60,000 bases of DNA from Squalus acanthias (Eukaryota). A program made the position numbers and the translations under genes. Under the pieces are notes generated by a model. The model saw nothing but the letters and a program-made list of their open reading frames with translations, did no database searches and was not told where the DNA came from. This document shows, piece by piece, positions 36,794-50,500 of the stretch (within the stretch, counting starts at the first letter, position 1; each line of letters begins with the position of its first letter). The DNA is taken from assembly GCA_030390025.1 (NCBI GenBank), contig CM059432.1, positions 124,994,001 to 125,054,000 of the forward strand, in the 5' to 3' direction.

Positions 36794-37919
36794 CTAAAAT
36801 TGAAAACATAATATAAGCTCAGATTGGTTTACTTTATTACATTACAGTGCTTCTAAACAAAGAGTCACAGATATTTGAAAGATCTGAGCAGATTATTCGC
36901 CCAGGAAGGTGTGTGAAGAAATGCACACTCTGGTGGTGCACAGTTCTCACTGCTATATTTAGTCGACCTTAAACTGCCAGACAGTCTCTGAGGAGCAGAG
37001 TGCCACAGCAAAGAACTTTTTATGACGAACAGTGGACTTTCACAATTTTTCCACGATTTCAGTACTTTTAAAAACCACATTAAATTTAAATCTGTTATGG
37101 CTGAAGCAGTCCCCAAGTTTGAATTTAACCCTTTAACTGCTGCTTTGTGTGTAAGACCAGAGGCATGGTCCAGACTTCACAAATTCAGAACTCCTGAATG
37201 GTACTAATAGGCTGATTTTCCAGTGGTGAGCCTCGGTCTGCCAGCTCAGCATATTGGGTCATCACTGGTAGCATGAACTCAGAACATTGCCTCCTAGTAC
37301 TCATTCTAGATAGCTGGAGGTGGGGGGGGGGGTGGAATTTAACCCTACTCGCCCGGTGGAAACCGGAGGGGTGGGCTGTTAAAATGGTTACCTACTTGCC
37401 ACAAGGATCCCGCTGTTTCCGATTTTAACGGACGCTTCTGGACAGGCAGCTAAGCCGCCCAGCCAAAGCCAGCTGAATTCGCATATGTTAATCGGGGTCG
37501 GATGATGTCTTTGGGCCCCGACAGTGATTTTAGCTTCAGCCTGAGAGGAGAAGCCATGATGGTTATCCTGCCAGGTGAAGGTCAGCGTGCAGAGGATCGT
37601 AAAGCTAAATAGGCCTCCTTCAGGTAAGTTTTTTTACTTTCCTTTGCGGGGCCAGGAGGCGCAAGAGTCCATTCCGGGTGGGAAGTGGACCGGCGACATG
37701 TTACTGAGACCCGGCGGTTAAAATCACCGTGGCCTCATACTGTCGCAGGTGGGCAGGAAGCTAACTGAAACCAGTGGTTTCCCATCAGAAGCCCGATGGC
37801 AGTTAAAGTCCTTCCCGCTGGGAATCTTTTTGAAAACTCTTACTGATTGTGTAAAGCAATTAATTAGCAAACCATCATTTCACCTCTAGGCTTGAATCCA
37901 GACAAGAGAAAACAAAATG

Positions 37920-38830
37920 AGACCATTTGGCCCATCTTTTGCTCGAGCAATCCAAAACTAACCCCACTGACCTGCTGTCTCCCCATTGCCTTGTATCTTC
38001 CTCTACTTTAAATATTTAACCAATTTTCCCTTAAAAGATAAAATGAACTCTGTCTCAACCACTACCTGTAGCAAAGCATTCCATGCTCCAACAATACAAC
38101 AATTTCACCATAACCTCTCGCCTTACTCTCTCAGTGACAATTTTTAAATGACAACTCCTCATTACTGACACTTCAACCAGAGGAAACTGTCTTTCCCTAT
38201 TCACTATTAAAATTCTGCATAATCTTAGAAATCTCAATTAAATCGATGTGACCTCACCCATCTCTGCCACAGCCTCCGCCCACCTGCCATTGAAAGCCTT
38301 AACCATGCCTGTGTCATCTCCAGGCTCAACTATTCCAATGCTCTCATGGCTATCTCCCATCCTCCATCCATCCTCTGTAAACCTTAGCTCACCCAAAATT
38401 CTGCTGTTTGTATCCTGTCCCATACCAAGTTCCTGTTCTCGCTGGCCTACAATGGCTTCCGGTTCACCAATGCTCAAGTTTAAAATTCTCATCCGTGTTT
38501 AAATCCCTTCATGGTCACGCCGCTCCCTATCTCTGTAATTTCCTCCAACACTACAACCCCTTTGAACTCTGTGTTCCTCCGACTCTGGCCTCTTGTGCAA
38601 CCCCCCCCCCCTTCTTCATCTCATCGTTGGCAGCTGTGCCCCCAGCCACCTAGGTCCCATGCTCTGGAATTCCCTCTCTATCCTATCTGCCTTTCCATCT
38701 CCCACTCCTCCTTTAAGACTTTCCTTAAAACCCACTTTTTTTTTTAAACCAAACTTTTGATCATCCTTCTTTGGTTCAGCGTCCTTTGTTTTTGATTACA
38801 CCACTGTGAAGCACTTTTGGATTTTTTGTT
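37920..38830. mobile_element. Old CR1 3' fragment (minus strand) abutting an L2 3' fragment (plus strand)
   Basis: Degenerate CR1 tail motifs; L2-type LQWLPV..FKIL motif and tgtgaagcacttttgg tail. Confidence 0.6.
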
Positions 38831-39154
38831 ACATTATAGGCACTGTGGGCAGAACTTTCAACTTTGGTGGGGGGTGTAAAATGGACAATATCGATTCAGC
38901 CGCCCGTTATACAACCCGCATGATTTTCCTTTCTACTGACTTCAATGGAAAGAAAATCTGCAGGGTGTATAACGGGTGGCCGACACGATATCGGCCGCTT
39001 TACACCTCCGCTGAAGTGCATATAAATGCAAGTTAATTTTATATTCTGACTGCTGCTTCTGATGAAGGGCAACACCCAAGATCTGTACCTATCTTTCTCT
39101 TTAAAACATGGCACATTTACAGCAATTTCTGTTTTTAACTGAGATTTCTGCTGT

Positions 39155-39810
39155 CACGGTTAAGAAGGCAAATGGTATGTTGGCCTTCATAGCGAGAGGA
39201 TTCGAGTACAGGAGCAAGGATGTCTTGCTGCAGTTGTACAGGGCCTTGGTGAGACCACACCTTGAATATTGTGTGCAGTTTTGGTCGCCTTATCTGAGAA
39301 AGGATGTTCTTGCCATGGAGGGAGTGCAGCGAAGAGTCACCAGACTGATACCTGGGATGGCAGGAATGACGTATGAAGAGAGATTGGGTCGATTAGGCTT
39401 ATATTCGCTAGAGTTTAGAAGAATGAGAGGAGATCTCATTGAAACTTATAAAATTCTAACAGGACTAGACAGACTAGATGCAGGAAGGATGTTCCTGATG
39501 GCGGGGGAGTCCAGAACCAGAGGTCACAGTCTAAGGATAAGGGGTAAGCCATTTAGGACTGAGATGAGGAGGAATTTCTTCACCCAGAGAGTGGTGAACC
39601 TGTGGAATTCTCTACCACAGAAGACAGTTGAGGCCAATTCATTAAATATATTCAAGAAGGAGTTAGATATATTTCTTAAGGCTAAAGGGACTAAGGGATA
39701 TGGGGAGAAAGCAGAGACAGGTTACTGAATTTGGATGATCAGCCATGATCGCAGGCTCGAGGGGCCGAATGGCCTACTCCTGCTCCTATCTTCTATGTTT
39801 CTATGTTTCT
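39155..39810 (+). mobile_element. Young CR1 3' fragment
   Basis: Intact frame KKANGMLAFIARG...[11 protein letters not shown]...KGYGE; tail (ttctatgt)n. Confidence 0.93.
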
Positions 39811-39873
39811 TAAATACACTATCACTGGCAGAAGTACCCAGAGGCATAATGGCAATGTGAATCACCGACCTAC

Positions 39874-40092
39874 CTTTACAATGAAGTTGTTTTCAAATTT
39901 CAGATCCAGAGCAGTGACTTTTTGTTCAAACTGAGGATATTTTCTTTCGGGTTTGGTCACATTGTAGATGGGGTCCACAGGTGTATGAGCATGCACCAAA
40001 CCTTTTAACTGCCTCCGCAGATTTTTCTTGGCATCGTCAACTATTTCATATTCCTCCGTTTCCTTGTTAAACTGAATTGGTATTGGAAAACT
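39874..40092 (-). CDS. RGS22: RGS22 coding exon (about exon 4), SFPIPIQFNKETEEYEIVDDAKKNL...ENNFIVK
   Basis: 219 nt, tttttgtttcgcag acceptor and gtaggt donor, phase 0/0. Resembles RGS22 FSEAIRFN...PIYDV. Confidence 0.9.
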
Positions 40093-40155
40093 CTGCGAAA
40101 CAAAAAGTAAAGGCGGATTTAATACAGAGAAACAGAACAATTATTTTCCTCCAAA

Positions 40156-40421
40156 TAGGTTGCCAACTCACCAGGATTGCCCTGGCGTCTCCAGGAATTA
40201 ACAGTTAATCTCCTGGGCACTCCTGCGAACAACCCTGGAGAAAAATCATTGGGGCATTAAAAAAAAACTGTGTTTATTGCATTTTCTTTGATCACTTTTG
40301 TTTTAGATTATTAAAATATTGGAGATGGGAAAAAGGCCGTTGGACTGAGTGAGGCCGCTGGAGGCGGACGGCCAAGTGATGAAACCTCCAGGAATAAATT
40401 CAACCAGAGTTGGCAACCCTA
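40156..40421. mobile_element. hAT-superfamily MITE (266 bp)
   Basis: TIRs TAGGTTGCCAACTC and GAGTTGGCAACCCTA, with an 8-bp TSD CCTCCAAA (40148-40155 and 40422-40429). Confidence 0.88.
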
Positions 40422-41024
40422 CCTCCAAAGTTTGGGGCACATTCATTCATTCTTCTTTCTGGTTCTTTGGCAAAAAAAGTTAAAAAGACTATTTTATAGC
40501 TGTTATGTTAAACACATGTCAAAACCTCTGAGATGCATATCTTGAGGCACTGCAAATCTTTATAAGAACATAAGGAAAAAGACAGCATGCTCATAAAGCC
40601 TTGTACTTCCACAGACATGTACAACCTGCCCTTTCAGAGGGAACGATCCACATCAGTACTCCCTGCTCTCCAAAGGTAGGCTAATAAAGCTCCATCCCTG
40701 CCTCGCCACAATTCAAATCCTGGCTAGCCGCCCTCCACAGACCACATCCCCAGTCCCCAGCAGCACAGGAAGCATTTGTTCATTTCGTGCTATCCCTATC
40801 CCTATTGCCTCCAATCTCAATCCGAAGCAGATATTTAACCAATTCTTTTAAAGGAGTTAACTAACTTTGATGAGATTCTGTTCCAGTAAATCCACTGCTA
40901 ATTTCTCTCAAGGCTTGTTAATGTGGTGCCAAAAATCAAAGAACTCAAGATGTAATAGTTATACTTCGGCGAAATTAATAACCTTTTTTAAAAAATTAGA
41001 ATTAGATTTTTATGCAGAGCAGCT

Positions 41025-41222
41025 GGATTCCAGCTAACCATTTCAATCTGGATTCTTGCCTCTAGCTAACTCCCAATCCACTCTAGCCTGAAGCCAATTC
41101 TCTCACTCCAGACTCTAACCTCCAGCTAAATTTCACTGCAGATTCTATCCTCTAGTTAACTCAGTCAAGACTCTAGACTCCAGCTAAGTCTCTCACTTCA
41201 GACTCTATCCTCCAGCTAACTC
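41025..41222. repeat. Degenerate tandem repeat built on cagactcta..ctccagctaa
   Basis: Recurrent ccagctaa and gactcta motifs about every 30-40 bp. Confidence 0.6.
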
Positions 41223-42077
41223 TTCAAATTCTTAGGCCTGGATTTTACTCTGCTACCACACCCCAAATTGGGTGAGATAGCTGTGGAAACAGCAAGGAAA
41301 ATCATGTGACAAGGGTTACTTACTTCCCCCTGCCTGAGCGTGATCTTCTCCCCCCACCCCACCCCTCCACTAAAGCCGAAAACACTGGTGGTCACCCTTT
41401 ACCTACCTACTACGTTTAAATGTGTTCCTGGCCCATTTCTTTCCGTCTGCCCCTCTTACCATCACTCCCTGAGACCACCTGGTAAAAGGTGGTGGTATAT
41501 TTGGGGTAGTAGTGTAAATGGTCCCAATTGTTGTCAATGGAGATCACCACTCCTTCCAGTCTCTTACGAGGCCATCACTGGAAGATTTGCTTCAGTTTTT
41601 GGTGCTTTGAGGTCTCTTTAATGTTTCCTCCTGCTACAGCACCCCCTCAAAATTCCTGGGGGCCACTGGACGGCTCCCGCTTGCTGGCATGGATCGCGCC
41701 AAAAGCCTGCTATGAATGCATAATAACCCCCAACCTAGGAAACTGGGTGGGGTCATAGCAAGGTTGGGTAGTGGGCTGAAGTCCCATCCTGTTTCTGTGC
41801 ACAGAATGAGATTAAAATACTTAATCCAACTAAATTCATTTTCTATAGTTCAGGTCTCAAAGGTCAGCCATTCACAGAATAGTTTTTTTTATCTCAAGGT
41901 AGATATACCATGGAATGGCAATGGGATTAGAACACATCAGTGTTAAGAAGATACTAATAGTGAAATGAAATAATATTCTTGTTGTATTGCTGTTCTCATA
42001 ATCAAGGTTTCCCCTAATGTTGCAAAAGTGGGCTCCCTACACACTTTGAATTCAATGCTCTTCTTTGCAACACACAT

Positions 42078-42475
42078 GGGTAGTAGTTACTGAACTAGTA
42101 ATCTAGAGGCCTGGACTAATAATCCAGAGAACAGGAGTTCAAATCCTACTACGGCAGTTTGAGAATTTGAATTCAGTTAAAAATTTCTGGAGAAAAAAAA
42201 AGTTAGTATCAGTAAAAAGTGATCACAAAACTATTGGATTGTCGTAAAAACCCAACTGGTTCACTAATGGCCTTTAGGGAATGAAACCTGCTGTCCTTAC
42301 TCGATCTGGCCTATATGTGACTCTAATCCCACATCAATGTGGTTGACTCTTAACTGCCCTCAGAAGTGGCCCAGCAAGCCACTTGGTTGTATCAAACAGC
42401 TTATAGCAACTAGGGCTGGGCAATAAGTGCTGGCCTGGCCAGCGATGACCCACATCCCAAGACTGAATTTAAAAA
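42078..42475 (+). mobile_element. tRNA-derived SINE whose 3' tail matches the CR1/L2-group LINE
   Basis: ggagttcaaatcc B box. Tail caactagggctgggcaataagtgctggcctggccagcgatgacccacatccc is shared with the LINE ends at 7660, 20680 and 51730. Confidence 0.8.
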
Positions 42476-45201
42476 AGTACTACAGAAAATGTATTAAAAA
42501 AACAGAAAATGCTAGAAATAGGCAGCAGGTCAGTCAACATCTATCAAGAGTTATGGCATTTTGGGTGTATCCTTCAATAAACTTATAAAACTAGGTAACA
42601 CCCTCAGTTTTTCATCATTCCACACTTACTCACATTAAAAACATTCCAGTACAGAATCTTGTATCCAGTAATAGTTTTTGAGACTCAATTCATAGCAAAG
42701 TGAATTCCTCCCATCTCAGACAGGTACTAACAGGAGGTGCCAAACTGCAACATCTTTCCCCATAGAAAAGGAGGGGGAAATCAGAAGACAAATAAATGTG
42801 GGCTACTATACTGGCTAGCAACAGGGTAGCATTGGTTGAAGCCACAGAGCCAATGGCCCACTTGTTTTCTGGCCTGGGTAACGCTTTCTAGTGCAAGGAA
42901 AAAAACACAATAATGAAATAATGGAGGGCGATGGGTTTATTGAATTATTGCAGTGTCTGTAAGGTGAGAGGAAAAGTTTATTAAGTGAGTTCTTAGTGAG
43001 TGAATTCCTCATAAGTCTTTTCAGCGATACAGCAGCGATATTATTCTGTGTTGGCTTCAAAAGATTAGTTGCACAGCTTTAATACATGAAAAAATCAGCT
43101 GTACATTTTTGTTATTAGAGACACCATAGAAACAATCTCAAGTTGGCATTACAGCCTTGACTCAGATACATCATTTTTATCTTCATAGCCACAATTGTAA
43201 ATATTTATAGCAAGCAGTAGTTAAGCTCAAAAGTAACTATACAAAGTTACTTTCTTTAATAAGCACAGGAACCACTATTGTATAGCTCAACTGGGTACTT
43301 TCAGTATTCTGTAAGATACTGTGTTGTAACCATGGATGGGCTGGCAGGTCACACATTATTTAGTTGTTTATAACTAGAAGTGAACAATGCTGTTGGCACT
43401 CATGGTTGACCTGGTTTTAGAAGTACTCTCTGCTGGGGAAGTGTTAATGTGACCGAGGACGGGAAGTTCCTGTCACTACTATTTATAGCAGTCGGAGCTC
43501 CTGCAAATTCATTCGAACTATAGATTACTTTTCCACAATTCAGAAAAGGTGGGATTCAAACGTAAACTGAAAAAAAAAATAAACGATGACGGATCCTTTT
43601 TTTGAACCTGTATTCGAATTGAAAATTAGTCCATTCTTCGAGGGATTATAAGTAGACGGAATTTGGAGGCACAGGAAAGTTGGAGATACACAGTACATCT
43701 CATCAGCTCCTTACCTTTTCCACAGGAACACACCCACATAGACAATGTTTACCCATAGCAAAGTTTCCCTTACCTAGTTAGAACCCTCCACACTAGTGGC
43801 AGAAACCTTCCTGCTTATCATGTTCTCTCGGTGTACTTACTCCACAAGGTGGACAAGGGGAGTCTCACTGTTTCACTGTGTGTGGGGAGTGGTGGAGGGC
43901 AGGATTTTGCCACCTACCTTTACTGTGGCGATAAAATTCATAGGTTTGATTAATAATAAAGTTTATTATGGAGTCATACATGACTCAGTGGTTCCAGAAC
44001 AGTTCCGCAATTTCTGCCGGGTTACTGCAACCAATACCTGCTACTCCCTGTTCTCATTATCACATCCCTGAAACAGTCAGTGGCAAACAATCCCTTTTGG
44101 AAAAAACACAGTTCGGTTGTATATAATTTTGGCCGCTGGAAACAAAATAAAACTGACCACTACTGTGAGTGAACCCACTCAGCATTAAACCAAGATTTAG
44201 TTGTCCTTTAAAGAAGTTGGTTCCATATGCATCTTGCGCCAACTGCATATTTGCTTGTCCTACTTGTACAAGACCAAAAAGACTGAAGTAGCTAATCCAG
44301 GAGTATCTAAGCTTTTTGTCTTTGTGGGTTACTGCTGTACACACCATGGAGACTCACAGGTCACATATAAAGTTTAAATCATTATTTCCATTAATTTGCA
44401 AATATCTCAAGCTGTGGATACTAACAAATATAGGTCTCCTGATTTAGGATTTATCTGCCAACAAGTCAACAGTGCTAAGAACATTTCTGTGTTACAGTGG
44501 TTGTCACACTACTAGTGAACGACATACATGGTGACCTAGAATTTGGATTGCGCTGCACCCATTTTACAGGCAGAAAACAGGTACCTAAGGGTCCAATAGG
44601 GCAGGCAATGTGTGCACATTCATTCCATGCTGGAAGTGCGCCAGCCGCCATATTGGTAAAGGCTCCTCCATAGGTGTCCAGAGCGGTGCCTCAAACAGGC
44701 ATTAAGTACTTTGCATATGCATATGGGGGGCCTTATCCTTGTTTGAGACTTTTATACTTACCTTATTGTGGAGCCAGGAAGAGCAGGAGTGCTCCTTCTG
44801 GCTCCACAATAAATGCACTAGCCACTGCCAGACACTACTTGCCCACCCCCCCTCCCGATTGCCTGCCCCTCCCGGACTCTCCTAACTACCTCGGCCAGCA
44901 TCTAGCTGCCTCTAGGGTCGTAACTGGTGCCCACAGCTTGCCAGCAATAAGCAAATGAGGCCAGCGAACTAATTTGCCATGTTCTTGCCGCCAGCCTCAT
45001 TAGATGCATGCAGCATGGGCTGCACCAGGATCGAGCACTGATTCGGGGCACAATCCAATGCCTAGGCCGGTGGGTTTTCAAAGTGTTAAAAGTCGTAGTA
45101 AGTGAGAGTTGCGGTAGTGCAAGGCCGAGAATACAAGAATAAGGAACCCTGGACTTTTGTAAAACCACTGTGCATTATGAAAATAGAAATTTAAGACATT
45201 T

Positions 45202-46700
45202 AGGGGGAGAAATTCATCATAGCCCAGGAATGGGCGCTAACTTTAGAAAAGTTTTAGATTTAGTACCAGGTGCTAATGCTTCGGACCGCACACAAAATTC
45301 AGTCTCATTGCTGAAAGAAAGGATTGGAGCACTAAATCAAGCGTTAATGGCCGAGCTCAGTGGTGCTAAACTCAAAGCGCTGACCAATATCGGGTGCAGT
45401 CTAATCACAAGTCATCATTGCCATAGGCTTTTCCTAGTACTTAAAGGGGAGGTTCATTGATACTGCGGTACCTCATTCTCAGCAATGCTGGCTGTGCTGC
45501 TGCCTCAGCAAGAAGGAGCCAGAATACTGAAGCAGGTGTGCTCATGGCAGATCTACCTCACTCGGGTGGTCAGGGTGATTGAATGCTTCACCAAATGCTA
45601 CATACCATCATCTGTACCACAAGCTTCACACACTGCCCAAAGCACCAGACCCCCAGCACTCACACACCAACAATCTTTACCTACCAACACTCACATCAAC
45701 ATCTCACGCCTTGGACACAATGACAGCTATTCAACTATGGCTGGCGCAAGGGTCATTAGTTGTTGGAATGATTGTGATATGTGTGATATGTTTCTGCATA
45801 AATTTATTCATGGAGTTTGCAATATTTTGTGGTCTCTCTCATTTCAACTTTGCACCCAGGAGGACACTGTGATATGGCATGACAGAGGGATGGCATGATG
45901 GGCATGTGGTGAGCAAGAGGGATCTGGGGTTTAAGTCATCCTGGTGTGAGGCTGGAGGTCTGTTTGGAGGAGGTGGCAGAGTTCTGTGACCACCACCTTG
46001 GTGATGCAGAGCCCTCTAATACACTGCTGCTCGCTTCATTGAAGGTAGGAGAAGTGCTGTCGGAATAGTCTCAGAGGGTAAGGCCTACTGTTGAGAGCTC
46101 TCATGGCCCTCCTCCGCCCTCTGGCCACATGTTCCAGTCTTTCTCGCTGCCTCTGCTCCCTCCACAGTAGATCCTGGATGGCGAGGTCGACTGCCAGTAC
46201 AGCCCCCATTAATGTAACCAAGTGTAGCACTTTGATATGTTGTCAGAATAAATGTAACTAATTTTCAGTAGCCACAACACTCCTGAAACTAAAGAACCTT
46301 TAAATGACTGAATTAAACTGTTGCATAATCTCAAACTGACAAGCAAGCAGTGAAACATCACTGACCTGAGAGTTGCGACTCATTACCCATGATCCCTTTA
46401 AGTAGCGCCCCTGGAGCCGGCATCTACCTGCTTGACGCCTCCACTCCCTGTCGCTGTCGGGGCGAGGTGCTAAGGCAGGGGGCGAAAATGAATTTGGCAG
46501 ATCGGGCGCCCAGTGCACGCTCACTGACGTCACGCTTTGCCTGGCATTGAAGTCCCCAGCGGTAACTGTTAGCGGCGGTGCTACGGGGGGCTGGATTTGG
46601 CGTGTGTCGCTGGATTCGTCTCGCCCTGGTGCTACTGCATCAGCGCTCCGTTAGCACCCCCACCAGGCATTAATGGGAGGCGCTAACCAACTGAATTTCT
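45202..46700 (-). mobile_element. Internally deleted Harbinger element with transposase N-terminal remnant
   Basis: Termini gggggagaaattc and gaatttct. Minus-strand RRRAMRALNSRPYPLRLFRQHFSYL resembles the start of Harbinger transposases. Confidence 0.6.
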
Positions 46701-49700
46701 ATTATGCCAAAATCACAATTGTTTCCTCAGAACTTATTAAAGTGGCTTTTTTTGCACCTTTTGTGGCCCAAGGGTGGATCATGATGCATGGATACTCTGC
46801 TCAGTAAAACCTGGCGGTCAAGAGAAAGAGGCAAGTCTAAAATTATTTTTGTAGAGCCAGGAGGAGCAAGAGTGTTCCTCCCAAAAAATGTGGGCCGCTG
46901 CCACCCTGGACTCCTCTCCCCCTCCCATCCGCAATCAGCCCCTCCAGACCTACCTTTCTGCCAGCTGATGAAGGGTCCGAGCCGCCCAATATTGCGCCAG
47001 CCCAAAGCCAGTGAGCTGCAGCAGGACATCCATTGGGGGTGTGCGGCTCGCCGGCAGCATGTTCATGAGGCCCAGGTCTTGAAATGACTCTGGATTCCCG
47101 GCGGATGGATCAGGCAGCTGGCCGGCAGTTAAAATCTACCCCAATATCCGTTTGAATGCCAGAGAGTAAAATTCCCACGCGGCATGATCTCTTGACCTGA
47201 TATTGCAGTTTCAAAACATCTCTCATACGTTAGAATTCCCATGAGGAAAACGTGCATATTATTTTTTTAAAGGGAAGCATAAAATAAAAGTGTACTTTTT
47301 TTTAACTTTATATTTATCCCAACATAATACACAGTGGAGGATCGTGAAGTACACAGTTTATTCCAACAAAGTTAGTTTTTTTGTGGAGTAAGGCACTTTG
47401 AAAATTCTATATTCAGTCCTTCAAGTTTTGTAACCATACGAATGCCCAAAAAGGTTCACAGAAAGCACATTTAAAGTTTTAGACCTGTCCGCTTATGTAC
47501 GGACACAGAAGAAAACATGCTTTTAGTGATGATTCAAGTGGAGAATCGGCAAGTTTGGGAGAGAAGGATATCAGATATGTGTCTTATTTCGCATTTTTCT
47601 CTTGGATTTTAGTAGTTGAAAAGTCAATCAATTCCTTCACTGATCACTTGGAAAACCCCAGCAGCTTTTACATGTGATAGTATTTTCTGAATACTGATTG
47701 GTGGATTGGCATTTCTATTCAGGATCAAGCGTTGCATTTATGTAAATAATGTATTTTAAAAATCTATACTATAATGGCTCAACAAGATCTATTATGGACA
47801 TCTCTCTACATCAATCACAGTGCTTTTGCTGGAGGGCTACTGCACCTTAAGATAAGAGAGACAGATATTATTGCTGCAGATGAAGTGGATTTCCTTTAAT
47901 ATCAGAAATCAATCCTGTACTTAATCTCATACTAAAATGACTGTAACTAGCATTGAGCCAACTGTAACAAATCCTAGAACTTATCCAGTTTTAATTCACA
48001 AGTATTTCTGCATGTTTTCTTTTTATAAGAATCTGTAGCTTAGCTTAGGCAGTGGAATGTTGAAAAAGGGGGCTGTGGTTGTTGCGTTAAATTAAGATTT
48101 ATTTTGTCTTAGCTTTAAAATCTGGACCAAATGAAACGCACAACTCTGTCTGGTTAAGTCAAATCTTTGTTTGGTCAGGCTTTTGCTTGTTGAAGTTATT
48201 TACATTCGCAAGTTCCTTTTGTTTCTGCTGTGTCACTACAAGAAGTAAATCAAAATGAAACAGCTTTGATTAATTCCGAGGGATGTATTTTTATCTTCCA
48301 GTTCTGTTTGTGGGACCTTGCTGTGCGCAAATTGGCTGCCACATTTCCTACACTATAACAGTGATTACACCTCAAAAAGTACTTCATTGGCTGTAAAGTG
48401 TTTTGGGACGTCCTGAGGTCGTGAAAGGCGCTATATAAATGCAAGTTAGTAGTATAAATAAAAAGAGGGATATCACCGGGCTAGAGTCCCATATTCTGCA
48501 ATTTCCCATTTCACTGTGTTGAGGCTAGTAGGGGCCCCAGGAGGATCATTTCTCACATGAAGCTTTCCATCATGGCTTCATTTTCAAACATTGCTAATGC
48601 AAATACCTGTCCTTTTATTGCTTTATAATTGATGAAGTAAGGTTAAGTTAAGGATGTATTTGATATGTTTATCTCCTGATTTATTCTTGAACTAAGTTCG
48701 GGTTCCAGTGAGGCAGAACCCTATTTATATTGCTTGACTTCTGTTCAGCTGGAAAGTTGACTGCCCTGTTTAGGAGAGAGCTCTGTGAACATCTAAATAC
48801 ATCTCCCAAAAGTTAGAACTTTAAATGTTTATGAAACGGGTAGCAGAGAACCTCTCTCTCCATTAAGTTCAGGTAGGTTTGCAAATTGTCCACTTTGCAA
48901 ACCAGGTTTGATACTGCACTGGATTTACTCCCTATGTGGTGCCAAACCAAAGCTGTATGAAAGCACCCCTCCAAGGGATTCTTATTGCACTTTGTTCAGA
49001 TTGAGCCCTGACTCTGGTCTTACACTGCAAATTTATTCTTCAGTATGAAGTGAAAGTGACTTTACATCGGAAACTTGCTGTGTAAATGTACCCGAAGATC
49101 CTGCACAGAAAAGTATAATTTTGTTAAAACTACAGCAAACCTGCAAAAACGGCACGTATTATTGCAAGACAAAAGTAATAGGATCCAAATAACCACATTC
49201 TGCAACTACAATGTATTCAAAGGGGGTTGATCTGCTTACATAACATTCTTATTTGGGGTAAAGGAATCCTTTATACCTCACATGACATCTATGACAATCA
49301 GCACAAATTACAGAGAATTATACTATTACTACTACAGTGAAATTACAGACACCTTAGGGACTGGCATCATCTGTCCTTTTTTTGCAGGTGTCCTTATTTT
49401 CCAAAATGGTCGTTGTATATATTGTAAAGATGCTAAGAATCCCCTTCCCACACACCAGCATTCAGCTCAGTTCACTTAACAGTGTTGCAGTCTAAATTCC
49501 TGTTTCATCTCAAACTGCTCTGACTTGGAGCAGAGTGTAACTTCAGTAATGAATTGCGTTTCTCAGTTCTACTTACCAGCATTAGGGCAGTCACAGGACA
49601 GAAAAAAGGGGAAGTGTGATGACAGATTGTGCCGGTATATTGAAGCTTCCAAAGGCAAGTCTTAGAACGGATTGATAACATTTGGGCGGGAAAGCACAAC

Positions 49701-50437
49701 AGGTCACATTATGTGTAGGAGTGAAACTGCAGTTTTCTGGTTGAGCAGTGAGCCTGCAGGAAGACTGACTGACAACTGGCCAGTCCATCGCTCTATAGAA
49801 CAGCAGAGACAGATAGATCCGGGACAGCCATCCACCTTCACTTCCCAAAGCCAAAATTCCTCAAGGAAGCGGATCCACCATCAGAAGCCAAGAGAAAGAA
49901 GACGATGGTAGGGTCAAGGGCTGAAAGAATGTAAGGACGCTGGGGCAGGAAAGGACGGCCCCTCTCGCTGTTCGCATGTGCTTTCTTTGATTCGGGAGCC
50001 CGGTGAGGTAGGTCAGCAATGAGGCAGCAGTGGGTTTTGTGAAAGAAATGGCTTGTGCCGAATGGGGCGTTCTTTACCTAGCATCCGTAGCGGCAGAGAA
50101 ACCGCTCTGTCCCTGGGAAAGAGCCGTGCAAGCATTCCGTACCCATAGCTGGGTAAAGAGCTCCCCATTCTACAAAAGCCGCTTCTTTCACAAAACCTGT
50201 TGCCACCTCACGCTGACCTGCGTGTCCCGCGTTTTAAGTTGTAAAAGAGCTTGGTGCTTTGAAGGCTGTCCGTAGTTTGTAATTTGCGAGTGCCTGTGGT
50301 TTCAAAGTGCCTCTTGCATATTTTACCATGCAAGTTATTTGCGTCTCTGAATAGGTGTCCGTGTTTTCGCAGGGGTCTGTTTTTTGGGAGTGTTCGTTTA
50401 TACAGGTTTCACTGTATTTAATCACGAAACCACTTAC

Positions 50438-50500
50438 CAGTAGACTGAGAAATACATTGAAATAATCCACCAATAGATCGTCTGTTACCAAGCAGTCGTC
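50438..50500 (-). CDS. RGS22: RGS22 coding exon (about exon 3), DDCLVTDDLLVDYFNVFLSLL
   Basis: 63-nt exon bounded by ttttttccacttctag and gtaagt, phase 0/0. Peptide resembles the RGS22 N-terminus as recalled (EDSLATDDFLVDYFNEFLSLP). Confidence 0.9.

Noticed and set aside
47524..47648. C/D box snoRNA-like GTGATGA...CTGA
   Set aside because: Antisense to the host gene, with no recognisable guide sequence. Such motifs are expected by chance.
49672..49911. Nested plus-strand gene exon ending in ATG|gtaggg
   Set aside because: No downstream plus-strand exons or recognisable homology were found.
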